NCBI RefSeq assembly: GCF_036971445.1 | Contig: NC_091477.1 | Span: 96,968,001 to 97,032,000 of the forward strand | DNA: 64,000 bases | Origin: Narcine bancroftii | Taxonomy: Eukaryota | Reading direction: 5' to 3' | In this document: positions 1-13,544 of the stretch, in pieces | Position numbering within the stretch: position 1 is the first letter of the stretch | Layout of the letters: every line of letters begins with the position of its first letter | The notes under the pieces: generated by a model | The model's database searches: none | What the model saw: only the letters and a program-made list of their open reading frames with translations | Told to the model about the DNA's origin: nothing | Position numbers and translations under genes: made by a program

Positions 1-1199
1 TATCTCCAGAAGCTAAATATGATTTGAACTGAGATATGCGACTGTCTGTAGCCCCAACCTGGGCTTGTACCCAGGTCTGGACCGTTCTGGCCAGAAAAAT
101 TAATATAATTGCCACACCGAGACAAAATCATCCAGGTAGCTGCAACTGATTTGCGCACATCCGAATATTGACAGCTCAATTCTGTACCTACAGAATGACT
201 TTCTTTGCTTTTAACTTTGACCAAGAGTTGAAGTGTGGATTTGCAGTTCCAAGGGCTTCCTCAGGCTACATGCCCTCATGACTGTACTCACATAATTCTG
301 CATGCCCCTTCAGGAATGTAAGCTACTCATGCACTATTAGAGCTCCTTCGTCCTCAATGTTCATGCTGGTATTGATTATGAGAGGTCCTTTTCCCTGTGA
401 GTTTCTATGTAGCTCCATTCTGATCTGGTAGCTCTCCTTCAATTTTCAAGGGCCTCTCTGCATCAATGTATGGATATTAGGGGATAATGGGTCTCCAGTC
501 TTTGTCTTTGTCTTGGTTGTTCCTTGCTGCTTATTCACAACTAATAAAAGCAGAGCTCTTATCTGAGAGCTTCTAGCAAAAGAACGAGCAATATGAATCA
601 CTGGAGAGAGAGAATGAGGATAATGAAGGAGAGAAGGGCAATGATCAAAGGGTCCATAGTATATATGCACAGGAAATCAGAGCACTAACTGGAGCAAGAG
701 GGAGGCTTTATCTAGACCTGTTGGCAGAAACCTTCCAACAGTGCAGAGATTCCCATGACATTCACAGCACATTGCTCTTTGGCCCACTCATTGACACTTG
801 CCAGTTTTGGACAAATTTCCTGAAAGCTCAACAACAGCCAATTGTTAGCATCTGAGGAGAGCCAGAGAGGCAGGCCATTCTTCTGTTCTCCTCCAGTGGA
901 CCAAACAAGTGCAAGCTGCTGAAAGACTTACAACTGTAAAATGTATTGAGCATAAGATGATCTTGCCTGGTGTAAAGTGTCTATCCATGGCTGCCAAATA
1001 ATTATGTCAGGCATCAAATGTTAGAGCCAGAAATATGTGTGGCAAGGAAAGATTTCTCACGCTCACAATGATTTCATATGTCTGAGCAGACTGCTCAGAT
1101 TAAGTCAGGCTAGTTTCACAATCCCCATGTTGTAGTTGATATTAATCTCAAGGTCATGGCAAGCAGATCCACACATTGTTAAATGGGAAAGTCTGTGAT

Positions 1200-1900
1200 T
1201 GTCATGCAATACACAGAAGTGCTGGAGAAATTCAGCAGGTCATGCAGCATCTATTGGAAGTAAAGGAAAACCAGCATTTTATGCCTGATCTCTTTAGTTG
1301 AGCAAAAAGCAGGTAGGTGCCTGAATAAAAAGTTTGGGGAAGAGAGGAGGAGAAATGGGCAGGGGAAGGACCACAACCTAACAAGTAAGAGGTCATAGGT
1401 GGATACAAGTGGGAGGATAGAAGGGAAAAAAGCTGTGATGGGGGAGCGTTAGCTCTCTGAACTAAGAGGGAACAGGGTGAGGAGGTGGAGGAAAGGAAAA
1501 AGAGATGAGGGAGGGGTTTAATGGAAACTGCAGGATTATGTTAATGCCATCTGGCTGGAGAGTGCCCAGATGGAATATTAAGGCTTGTTCCTCCAATTTG
1601 CTGGTAGCCTTGGTTTGGCAGTGCTTGATGCCATGGATAGATATGTCAGTGGGGGAATGGTGTGTGGAAATAAAATGGTTGACCACTGGGAGGTCCCTGT
1701 TATTGCAGCAGACAGAGTGAAGGTGCTCAACCAAATGAGCTTTTAGTCTGTGTCCAGTCTCTCCAATGTAGAGGAGACAACAACAGGAGCACCAGATGTA
1801 GTAGATGACCCTTGTAGAATCACAAGTGAAGTGATGCTTCACTTGAAATAACTATTTGGGGCCCCGAATGATGGTGAGGGATGTGTGGGTGCAAGTGTAA
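1200..1900 (-). mobile_element. Penelope-like element 3' fragment with GIY-YIG endonuclease
   Basis: ORF 1462-1842: FTCDSTRVIYYIWCSCCCLLYIGETGHRL...EH...VVNHF...EEQALIFHLGTLQPDGIN, a typical PLE GIY-YIG domain. Confidence 0.85.
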
Positions 1901-3154
1901 TACTGAATTCAAGCAACTGCAATACAGACACACTATTAGCTGCTGGTACATTGTTAGCAGAATTTGACAGACATTTGGTATCAATGCTATCTGACCCTTT
2001 AATGAAATCAGAAACCTGACTATCAGCAGTAAAGTGTCAATGGTGGCTTGGGCAGAGGAATGCGTTTTCTCTTGACTCTACATTGAGACTTCACCTGGGG
2101 CTCAAAATGTGTTTCCTGGAATGAGAGCATTAGTACAGATTATATTGACAATAAAGTGTTCCTGGCGTCACTGCACAATGTAGAACCAGGAATCTGCTGC
2201 AAATCCAGCAATGGGATTCACTGTGGAGAGCCTGTCTACAAGGGCTAGAGTTCGGCAGGCAGTGCTCTTCCTCAGCATGAGATGTGGGCCACAGCTAAAG
2301 ACTGCAGAGGCTGATCCACCTATTGGCAAGCCTCTCACATTTCTCTCATGATCTCCTCATGGATGTGATGGAAGAGGCTTCCTCCTCTCTTGGTTTGGCT
2401 GCACAGTTCTCACCAGGACAGAGGTGTCTTTACGGTAACAAGCACATAGAGTCAAAGAGTCATGGAGAGATGTAGGTTGTGCCTGTGGCCTCAGCTCACA
2501 TATTTCATATCAACCAATCTTGTGTTTTCATTCTTTGCACATCCTCATCAACTCCTCAATTCTACCACTCGCCTACATACTACAAGCAATTTATAGCATT
2601 CCCAAATGCAGGTCTTAGGGATTTAGAAGGAAACCAGAGCAGATGGAGGAAACCCAAGCTGTCACAAGGATAACATGCAAACTCATCACAGACAGTATTC
2701 AGATGGATCTGATCAATCTGTCAGCATGTGAACAGATTCTGACAGTGTCCAGCAATGGCTTGGACTCAATGACCATATAAAATATGCAAATTAATTACAA
2801 ATTAAAAAGCAAAGTTATCTAAGTTTTTTTAAATAAAACTGTGAACATTTTGAATACTGTGTTCATTTGTGTACACTGCTCAGAATATTATTAGGATAAG
2901 GGACTGTTACAGCGAAGAGCTAAGATTGTTTTCCATTGTGCAGAGCAGACTAAGAGAAGATTTCATGGATGCATTGACATAATGAATAGTCTTGCTAAAG
3001 TAAGAAACGGTCTCTAGTGTGAAAAGATTCAGTCAGTAGAGAACATTGATTTAAGTTTTAAACAGATTTTAAATCTAACATGCAGCTTTGAATTATATGA
3101 TCTCTTTCTGATTTTTTACTGCTACAATAGTAAAATCTAAAACTTAAATTTAGG

Positions 3155-4200
3155 GTTCTACAGCACAGTACAGGACCTTTGGCCCTTGATGTTGTGCTGA
3201 CCTATATTATATTCAAAATAAAAAAGAATCCTTCCTGCCCTGTAACCCTCTATTTTTCTTTCATCCATGTGGCTGTCTAAGAGTTTTTTAAATGCCCCTA
3301 ATGATTCTACCACCATCCCTGCCAAAGGATTCCAGGCACCCTCAACTTTCTGTGTAAAACATTTACCCCTGAAGATTCCCCTAAACTTCCCTCCTTTCAT
3401 TTTGTACAGATGTCCTCTAGTGTTTGCTACTCCCGCCCTGGGAAAAAGACGCTGGCTGTCTACCTTATGTATGCCTCTCTGAATATTGTAGACCTCAAAT
3501 AAGTCACCTCTCATCCTAGCTCTGTTGACCTTGTCTCATAAAACGTATTTTCCAATCCAGGCACCATCCTGGTAAATCTCCTCTACATCTTCTCCAAAGC
3601 TTCCACATTCTTCCTCTGAAGTGACCAGAACTGAACACAATATTCTAAGTGTGGACTTACCAGAGATTTGTAGAGTTTCAACATGACCTCTTGGGTCTTG
3701 AACTTAATCCCCTAACTAATAAAGCCTAGCATCACATAAGCCTTCTTAACTATCCTATCAACCTGCATGACAAACTTGAGAGATGTATGGATTTTGACCC
3801 TGGACCCTCTATTCTTCCACAATATTAACCCCATATTCAGCCTTCAGTTTTGGCCTTCCAAAATGCATGACCTCACACTTACCTGGATTGAACTCCCTCT
3901 GCCATTTCTCCACCCAACTCTGCATCCTGTCTATATCCTTTTGTAACATACAACAATCTTTAACACCATCCACAACTCCTCCAACCTTGGTACCATGCAC
4001 AAACCTATTGAACCATCCTTCCACTTCTACATCTAGATCATTGATAAAAATCACACAGAGCAGGGATCTTAGAATAGATCCCTGCAGAACTCCACCAATC
4101 ACTAACATCCAGGCAGAATATTACTACTTTCTGGTTTCTGCAGGCAAGCCAATTCTGAATCCATACAGCCAAGATTTAATGCATCCAATGCCTCATGACT
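3155..4200 (-). mobile_element. CR1 LINE, 5'-truncated, degenerate
   Basis: GVLQGSIL...FINDLD...GTKVGG...LQKDIDRM...FNPGKCEVMHFG and MRGDLFEVY...NTRGH, CR1 ORF2 C-terminal motifs. Confidence 0.9.
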
Positions 4201-4739
4201 TTCTGAATGGATGGGAGAGGATTGAAATACGGGCTTAATGCAGGCAAGTGGGAATAGCCCATGGGCCTTTTTCTGTGCTGTAAGACTATAATTCCAAGTG
4301 TGAATATTATCCCACATCTCAGATTTTGGGACAGTGATTTGTGAATTCCGTAATCAGAATGGCAGTAACATGTAGCCTGTATAATGAAGAAATTTGTCGT
4401 CTATCAATGTATCTTTTGTGGGTTTTTTTTTTGCTTTTCAAATGTAGGACCATTGAAAACAAAATCCCTTCAATAAAATGTTTGTCAACAGAACAAGCCA
4501 CTTGGCTGCTGATAACCACAGATGTCCAAACAGAGACAATTGAAACTTTTGTTCACACAAATGAAAGAACATCGAGTACGTTGTTGCTTCAGAACTGGCA
4601 GGCAATCCAGGCAAGAAAAAAACTGATGCATGCTTTCTAGGCAAGAAAAATATCAACTTTTGCTGTTGATATTTGTCAATGATGGGGATTAATAAATAAA
4701 TTCCACTCCTCAAGAGCAAGAAACTAATCGATCAGTAAA

Positions 4740-5335
4740 TATGATTATTGAAGATGGGTAACAAAACCTCTCCACGATCAAACTCAACACTACTGCTCCT
4801 CAGTATGTGCACTCAGTCCCCTGTCACAGTCACTCTATGTCCACAACCATTCAGTCACATACTGTTCAATCACCATGTTCAAATTCGTTGATGATGCCAC
4901 TGTCTTGGCCAGGTATCAAACAACATGAGAAAATGCAGGGAAGTGACTGAAAGGTCAGTGGCATGGTGCCAAGAAAGCAATATTTCCATCAACATCAGTA
5001 AGATGAAGGAGATGAACGTTGACTTCAGGAGAGGGATCAGAGACCACACCCTGTCCATATCAATACAAATGAAGTGGAAAGAGTAGATAGCTCCAAATTC
5101 TTCAAAGAAACACACACAATCACCCCTCTTGAAGCAAACGCATTGATGTGGCAGTCAAGAAACTGCATTGATGTCTCTACTTTCTTAGAAGACTAAGGAA
5201 GTTTGTCATGCCATTCATGTCCCCCCAACAAATTCTACAGGTGCACCATTGAAAGCCAATTTGTTGGAGGCATCACAATGTGGTATGGGATCTGATCGCT
5301 CAAGGTTAGAAGAAACTACAGAAGGTAATGAAGCG
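4740..5335 (+). mobile_element. Rex1/Babar-like LINE RT fragment
   Basis: Degenerate (K)FVDDATVLG and KMKEMNVDFRR motifs, plus LYFLRRLRKF. Confidence 0.7.
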
Positions 5336-5374
5336 AAGGAAGAAAATCTGCAAATGCTGTGATTGTACTTAATC

Positions 5375-5800
5375 CCAATTTTGAATTGCTTTTCATAACT
5401 CTAATTGAGCTCCTGTAAAATTAGATCCATTATCAGAACATAATTCCTTTACTTGACCATGTCTGGCGATAAAACGTCGAAAAACATTGATAAAAGAGAC
5501 TGTATCAAGCATGATACTACATCAATATGAATTGCTCTTGTAGTCACACAGTTAAAAATACCTCCATATTGTTTTTCAACACTTCTTCCTCATTTTACTT
5601 ACAAAGGTTCAAAATAATCAACTCCCACATATGTAAATGGAGTTCAACAGGTGAAACTCTGTCTTGTGTCCAGGTTTAGCTTGCGAAACCTTCTTGATCT
5701 CATTAATTCTGTTAGTCACAAAGGTATGAAACCTCATGGTTTTGTTATTAATGTATTTAAGCACTGATGTACTATCTGCTAACTCCATCTGTAATAATGG
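5375..5800 (-). mobile_element. BEL/Pao LTR-retrotransposon pol remnant (RNase H end + integrase start)
   Basis: Minus strand reads DSTSVLKYINN..FHTFVTNRINEI, then PFTYVGVDYFEPL..GRSVEKQYGGIFNCVTTRAIHIDVV..SFINVFRRFIARHGQVKELCSDNGSNFTGA, with frameshifts. Confidence 0.8.
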
Positions 5801-6339
5801 TTTTCAACTTTAAAGAACATATGGGATGATGACAAGAAGAAATAAGATGAATTCAAAGAAAATTATCTTGAGCTGACATTCCCTTCATAGTTTGTCGAAG
5901 AATGAAATGCAAGCTCTTAGTCTGCATGGATATTATGACATATTACATTATGGTCATTATAGTAACACTACAAACAATACTTTTTCTTAAAGAGATAGAC
6001 AAAAAATTAACTAAGAATCAAAAGCAAAAGATTTTAACCTTTACAAATACTGCCTCTACATTCAGGACTAAACAGCCAAATACCCCTCCAACTTCATCTT
6101 TCAGTGCGCTGACTCCATAATAATTGTAGGCTAGATATTAAATATTGATGAGACAGAATACAGGAAGGAGAATGAGAGTCTAATGCTATGATAAACACCT
6201 CTTTCTCAGTCAGAAAGATAAGGAGTTCAAATGTATTGTCAGAAAACGTACAGGACATCACATACAACCCTGAGATTCTTTTCCCTGTGGGACAAACAGA
6301 ATTTCTAATTACCAGTAACTGTAAACTGTTAGGTCATAG

Positions 6340-7275
6340 ACTTCAGGAGGAAAGTAAAGCCCATTCCTGTCCATGTCAATGGTATTAAAGTGGAGACTGT
6401 AGTAACTTTAGGATTAAACATTTCCAATGACCTAACCTGGACCAAAGATATTGGCGAGGCAGTCAAGAAGAAAAAAAACAACTCCTCTACTTCCTTAGAA
6501 GGCCAAGTTTTGTATGTCCTGTGTCCTTTAACAATTTTTAGCAGTGCACTATTGAATGCATCCAAGCTGGATACATCCCAGCATGGTACATGAGCCGTTC
6601 TAGCCAAGATTGGAAGAATCAGCAGGAAATTGTGAATGCAACTCAGAACGTTACAGAAACATACCTCCCCTCCATCAACACTTCCTGTTGCTTCAGAAAG
6701 GCAAACAATATACAAAAGGACCCATTCTACCCTGACCACACTTTCTCCTTCCTCTTCCTGCTAGAGTGAAGGTTCAAGAGTGAAGGTTCAAGAGTGTGAA
6801 ATCCTGCTCAAGGACAGTTTCTTCCCTGTAACCATCAGACTCTGAACCAACTTAACAGTGGTGTTTTCATCCTGCCCTTGCTGTGTACCAGTTGATTTTT
6901 TTTCACAATAACACTACACACATGTGCTCTTGCTCTTCTACTTTGGTCTGTTGTGTGCATGTTAGAGTTGACTTGCAGGACTGCTCACGAAACAAATCCT
7001 TCTTACTGTATTAGGTATAATGTGACAATAAACATGAACTTGAAAAAAACTGTTCTTGAACTTAGAAGTGCTGGACTTCAGCCTTCTATACTTTCTGCCT
7101 GAAAGCAGCAGTGAGAAGGGAACATAGCAAGGGTGATGAGGATCTTTTATGATGGTGGTCGTGCTCTTGAGGCAAAATCTCTTGTAGATGTCTTTAATGG
7201 TTTGGAAGTCTGTCCATGATGGATTTGGTTTTGTCTGCCACTTTCTGCAGTATTCTGTGATCCTACACATTCAAG
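6340..7275. mobile_element. Two Rex1/Babar-like LINE 3' fragments, tail-to-tail (+ ~6340-7040; - ~7040-7275)
   Basis: ISNDLTW, IIKDPHHP..FSLLLSGRKYR..KNSFF motifs. Confidence 0.65.
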
Positions 7276-7279
7276 TTTC

Positions 7280-8150
7280 ATGTGGCTATTGAGGCCACAG
7301 ATTCTACCACATAAATTCTACCACAGATAGGATAGGAGGAGTGGGCAAGTATTTTAGTAAGGTAGTGCACTCTTTCCATCAGCTGGGATGAGTTTCTGTT
7401 TGCTCCTGGCTCATTGATATGAAGTCCTCAAAGGCATCCTGAATGCAACTTCTCTCAAGAGTTGGTGGAGGGATGTTATATTTTTGAGATTTATTATTTC
7501 AAAAGGGCTTCAGGAATTCTTTGAATCTTTTCCGCAGTCAGCTTTGTAACCTCTGCTCATGACAGAGCTGATAATAGTGTCCAGTTCAGGAGTTAATAAT
7601 GTGGCCTGACAAACAGAGCCAACTGTAATTGAAGCCTCAACGCTAAAGATGTTGGCCCAGTAGAATACTCTAACGTTAGTTGGCTTATCCTGTCAGGATA
7701 TGGCGATGACAGCTTTTGGAGAATATCTCCAATGCCTTGTGGTGGCTGCTTTAGATAGCTTAAGTTTCAGAAAGTAATAGAGAAGCAGGAATCATTGCTG
7801 TCCAGTGCACTATCTTCAAAGGTCTTTTCATCAGATGACTGAAGAAAGTACTGGAGCAATAAAGGTATCATACATGTGGTCTTGTCAAAGTGTTTCAAAG
7901 TAGGGCCAACTTGATAAAGAAACTTTGCTTTTGAAAAGTTGAGTGTGTGGGTCAACCTTTCAAATACTTCATTCAACAAGCTGACAAAAACATGGAGTTT
8001 GGCCTCTGGACACGTGCATCGTTCCATACTGCAGTTTGCCTCCTGAGATCCATTATTGAAATCCATCCTTCATGGAGACCACATTTTACCATACCTATAA
8101 TTATTCTTTGCTTTGTAGATTAGTATTGCTTGTCTGGATGATGAGGCTAA
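7280..8150 (-). mobile_element. Old, degenerate RTE-clade LINE fragment
   Basis: RKRFKEFLK-like and EAKLHVFVSLLNEVFERL segments resemble the RTE RT/C-terminal region; many disruptions. Confidence 0.5.
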
Positions 8151-10013
8151 CTAAGAAAGCAAAGATCTTCAGCTATAAACAATGCATGAAACTGAATTTT
8201 TTTTTTAATTGCTGAAAGCTGAATAAATAGTATTTAGAAGAATACATTGTTTGGTAACCCATTTCAGCTGCATTGAAATATGATTGCAATTAATCAATCA
8301 CAAAAAACTGAACTATAAAGTTATAGACAATTTCAAAATAAATTCTTCATTTTAAAATTAAGTGACCTATATTCCAAAATAACTTTAATAGGATTAAAGT
8401 GCCAGCACCAAGATCAATACAAGTGAACAAAAAATGCTTCATAAAATAAATTTTCCATGATTTTATTGTGAACTCATAAATTTTATCCTTTCCAACTTAT
8501 AACATGCACTATATGGTGAATTTTGCACTCCATAATTTTATTATTTTCCTTTTAAGCAATTTGCATTGTTCAAAAATAGAACACAATTTTGATTCTACAT
8601 GAAGCAGCAACTGTTTCTATAAATAACTTCAGAGCTTCTAACAGGTACACTGCCTGCTTTCAAACGGTCTGCATTTCCACTAGATAACCTTTGTTCAGTC
8701 TGATAAATATACTGTGAGTTCACAGCCACACATTTTCCACCACAGGAATCATTATTCCTAGGGTTGGCATAAAAGGGATGAGAACCTTGAATGCATTCTC
8801 TTTCATGCTCTTTTCATGGAAGTCTAGTGTTATGTTATAAAATGTAAAAGGACAACTCACAGGATAAAGTGTTAGTTTGTGCACATTTCCTCTTTGAAGT
8901 GGATTTCTAACCTCAATCGTGGCATTAGTAGTAATGCCAATAAGAATTCAGCATTTTTCCTATATGAAGGGATAGAAATTGTATGTACAGGTCATCTTGG
9001 ACTATTAAATCTCATCTTGCTTCCATCAGTTAGATAAAGGATGGTTTCTGGAGGGGATGGTGGATGGGGGAGGGAGAATTAAAATAGACGGTCATTTGCT
9101 AAAAAAAATGCTGCAAATCCACATGAGCAAAATCAAGAACAAAACAATTTTTTATGTGCAGCTAGATAATGATGACATAATGTTTAAATAACAAATGTAT
9201 TAAAAAAGTTGATAATAATGAATTTTTGACTACAATTTGAAAAATGCTGTCTCCTTTAAATTTTATGGTATTTCATGCCAACCTACAAGTTTGAAAATGT
9301 GCTTTAAAATGTGAACAAGATAACTTGTTCTCTGCAGAGTAATAATCCCATTAAAATATAATGAATTTTAAAGACACTACACCAAATAAGGCAAAAATGT
9401 GTGCTATCCTTTCCACTAGACATTTCTCTAGGGTGATTGGTCATTTCCATGGTAACTTCTGCAAAGCACAATGACGTCAAGAAGGTAAGAAAAATACCAC
9501 TGAGACCATGGAACAGTGTGCTATTAAAATGCAAAATATTAATGGATATTTCTCAGAAATTGTGGTCAGTATATAAGATAAATTTAAAAACCTACATTTG
9601 ATGATGAAGCATTTTAGAAAAGTGGTCCTGATATAATTTTTAACTGTTAGTTTTTATATTTTTGTTTTCTGCAATATATCTGAATAAACAAAATAAAGTA
9701 GTTTCTTAATCAACTATCATTATTCACTGTGACAACTGTCAAAGTTTTGCATAACAATATCTTTGGTGACAGTAGGATTAACTACTTTTCAATTCATTCA
9801 AAACAAAGATTTTTAAATGTTTCAGATTTATTTCAGCAATTTAAGAAATTGTATATACTGTATTATGACTCACTTTCCCCTGCTCTGTTTACAAGTTTAA
9901 ATTTAGGTTTATTGTCATCTGATTGTACATATGCATATACAATCTGACAAAACAACATACTGCATCTCTGGACCATAGTGTACACACACAATACACCCTA
10001 CAAAGGAAGAAAC

Positions 10014-10143
10014 NNNNNNNNNNNNNNNNNNNNNNNNNNNNNNNNNNNNNNNNNNNNNNNNNNNNNNNNNNNNNNNNNNNNNNNNNNNNNNNNNNNNNNN
10101 NNNNNNNNNNNNNNNNNNNNNNNNNNNNNNNNNNNNNNNNNNN
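10014..10143. other. Assembly gap (130 N)
   Basis: Run of N. Confidence 1.
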
Positions 10144-10926
10144 CTAGAATTGTTCAACAACCTGCAGGAAGCACAAATCACTCAACCACACAATAAATAT
10201 TAAGATGAAACACACATCTTTATATTTATTTACCATGACTTACATTTATATGTGAACTAAGGTATATACCCTGTGCCAGTTTTAGATGCTTTTCCAACCA
10301 CCAAACTGAAATTTTGAACAGAAAGTGGAATATTTGAATATATTTTATAAAAATTGATATATAAAGAAAGAGCAAGGATTTCTATTATCATCTTTCACTA
10401 AATCTGGGATCCCTAATTGGTTTACAGCTAATATTGCCCCTGTTGTAATGTATAAAAGATTTTTTTCTGGATTCCATGGACAACAATGTGAAATTGACCA
10501 AATATTATAGATAAATGTTTGTTATGAGTATTTTTTCCCTTCTAAAGAGTAGATCTTAACAACTCATTTGAGAATCAGTTTTTTTTAAAAAACACTGCCA
10601 AAATTCTCAGTACTGCAATAAGAGCACCAGATTCTTGTCTCTGGAATAAGAGAAAACCTTCTGGTTCAGCTCACTAACAATGGACTCGAGTTAACAACTA
10701 ACTCTGAGAACGTACTAGGGAGCAAGATATGTTGCGTGCCTGCACTTATGAAGCTGATATGCAAAGATGGTATAAGGGAATGATATGCTGGGCAGAAGGA
10801 ACAATCACATCAAGAATTGTTTTAAAGGAGATCATCCTAGATTAATAAGCACACATTGCCTTTGACAACAAGAGACATGCCATGTTATAAAGGCTTACAT
10901 TTTGGTGACTGATGGAAAGAAGGGTT

Positions 10927-11330
10927 TGTGATGGGTTATATTATATTTTATAACATATATAAATGTTTTTTTAAAAGAGAAAGATGGGGGTGGGGTTAGT
11001 GTAGGTCACCACAAACAGACATAAACACATCACAAAAGAGATCTCATTTAAAATGCAAGAGCTTTGCTTAAGCCAGACAGTCCAGGCTCCAAGAGCCTCT
11101 GCAAAGACAATAAAAACTATTTTGGAAATCCTTTGCTAAGGAACTTCAAAAGCAGGATTATTGTTTTGAACGCAACAGATGAACAGGCTGAGAAGATTGG
11201 GTCCGCTGCCACAATCTGTCTGGTTGCAGTTTGCTGTTCTGAGAAGGTCATTTGGCTTTGCAAGCAGACCAACAGGTTTTTTTCTAAAAGAGAGAGAGAT
11301 GACTTAACTGTGAGAAAGTATCAGTAGGAT
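10927..11330 (+). mobile_element. Possible truncated LTR fragment
   Basis: Begins TGTGATGGG and has an LTR-like composition. No closing CA/TSD was found. Confidence 0.3.
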
Positions 11331-11397
11331 AATTTTTATGAAAATATCAGTCCTGGAACACAGGTAAGAATACAAATTTCTCAAACATATTTTAGAG

Positions 11398-11565
11398 ATG
11401 GCACAGTTAGTGTGGCGGTTAGCACAATACTTTTACATCACCTGTGCCCCGGGTTCGAATCTGTCACTGTCAGTAAGGAGTTTATACATTCTCCCCGTGA
11501 CTGTGTAAGATTCCTCCTGTTTCCTGCCATGTTTCACAAGTTAGTAGGCTAATTGGTCATGTCTC
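11398..11565 (+). mobile_element. tRNA-derived V-SINE-like element
   Basis: A-box-like GTGGCGGTTAGC, B-box GGTTCGAATC, then V-domain-like GGAGTTTATACATTCTCCCCGTG. Confidence 0.75.
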
Positions 11566-12846
11566 TCCAAATTAATCTCAAAAAATGATCTCTAAATATG
11601 TTCAAACTATTATTTCAGTAGCAAAACTGTACAATGGCACCCACACTGTGCAACACTAGAGTAGGAATATTAACTTCTTCAGAAAGAGCAGCATTTAAAA
11701 TACAAGTCTCTCACATGTCTCCAGAATAAAATACAAGTGATGCACTACTGTGCTGTTTCCACCCTGTTACATGGAAACTAGTTGATGTTAGCACCCAAAT
11801 GAATACTGGAGAAGCCTCAGGATTCTTGTTATTTGTGATACCATCGCATACAGAGAATTTCAAAATAACTTAATTGATTGTAAAGACCTGCGGTTGTGAA
11901 AGATGTTACATAAATGCAGTTCTTTGGTTTTTTTTTAACATTTCATCCGTATTCTTGTCTTTGCGGGTGAATATTGCCATTTTTAATATCTGTTCAGAGA
12001 AGCAACTGTATTAGCATATAATTTGCATCAAGAGCAACAGAAGCTGGCACAACAGGAAGCCAAAGTATTCAATAACAAATGTTTCCCCAGCAGAGAGAAG
12101 AAACACTGCAGAAAATCAATGCAGTGTTACAAAAAAAATTGTTATTGAACAAGAATTCAAAATAAGATGGTCTGTTTCAATACAAGAGGGAAAGGCTGCA
12201 TTCTTGAAAATTCTTCCCCCTGCTGGTAAAAGTGAAGCAATTCATCTAAAACAAGTGCTGCACATCAATTCATAACTCACTATTTCAATAGTGCAAAAAA
12301 GATTGATGCAGTACTGATGCTGAGTGAACTGAAGGTCATGGTCTGCAAAGAATGGCATTAGTTATTGCATGTTGATCATTGATATGGGATATTACCCTCA
12401 CATTGTTCAAAATTTTACATTTCTGATCAGTGTGTGCTGTAATCCTGACAAGGGCAAAGGCCCTTCTCAAGGAAGCATAACTGCAATCTGTTGGAAGGTC
12501 TGAAATGTGTTTATTTCAATGCTAGAAGTATATGAACTCACAGCATGGATCAGCGCATGGAATTACGATGGAATTGTGGCCATTACAGAGACTTGGCTGA
12601 CACAAGGACTGGGTGATTCAGGTACCTCAGTTTAGATGTTTCAAAGGAATAGGAAGGAAGGTAAAAGAGCAGTGGTGGGGGGTTGGGAGTAGCATTACTA
12701 ATCAGGGATAGCTGCAGAAAGGGAGGACATTGTGAAGGATTGTCTACTGTAGTGGTTCCCAAACATTTTGGGCTGCCGACCCATTGGCTCCCAGGCCACA
12801 TCCATAGCTCCCCCACACACAACGAACACACACTTCTTTCTTAGTA

Positions 12847-13145
12847 CATTGAAACCTTGTTAGAACGCGATTCGTTAATCCGTGGAATCACTATAGCGCA
12901 GGTGTCTGTGGACCCCAAACTTTGCAAATAAGTTGATTAAAATTCAGAATCCCAATATTAAAAAATGCACTTGCTTTCTTTCATTGAAATTGTTAGTTAT
13001 AGATAGCGGATCCTTTGAAAACTGGTAATATTTGGGTTTGATTATCCGTGGGCACTCTGACATATATGCATCTGTTCCGCAACTCAGCTGTAATGCAGTA
13101 TGAAATCTTGGACCCCAACTACTGCGTTCTAACGAGGCTTTACTG
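12847..13145. mobile_element. Tc1/mariner-type MITE with TA TSD, nested in a hAT-like remnant (~12750-13500)
   Basis: TA|CATTGAAACCTTGTTAGAACGC ... GCGTTCTAACGAGGCTTTACTG|TA imperfect TIRs. The host element begins TAGTGGTTCCCAAAC. Confidence 0.75.
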
Positions 13146-13544
13146 TATTAGGTCTACTGTAAATTTAAAACAACAATTTAATCTAACATTATAAACAAGC
13201 ACATGCATTTCAAATAAAAATTATAGTAAACCAATTTATTTAGTATTTAGCAGTGTTACCGTCTGTGCAGTCACCATCCCAGGCGGTCAGTTGCCGATCC
13301 TTGTGATCACTCTCCTGAGCAATCCTGTCCCGAGCAGTCCCATCTTGAGGATTCCTGTCCCAGCCGGTCACCATCCCCGGCCGTCACCCCCAGTCCCCCT
13401 CACCTGACGGATAGCACACGATGAGTGTTGCAGGCTGAACGATAAGAAAGCAGATTGTGGAAAAATGTAAAAATAACTGGTTCTCAAATATTAACTGTGA
13501 CATCTTTTCTGAAAGAAATTTGTAGAATTTATTAAGGGTGTCCA

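Noticed and set aside
9915-10196. ORFs spanning the N-run
   Set aside because: Artefacts of the assembly gap.
11398-11470. tRNA genes (also ~61150-61215)
   Set aside because: A/B boxes lead into a V-SINE body with no complete cloverleaf; these are SINE heads.
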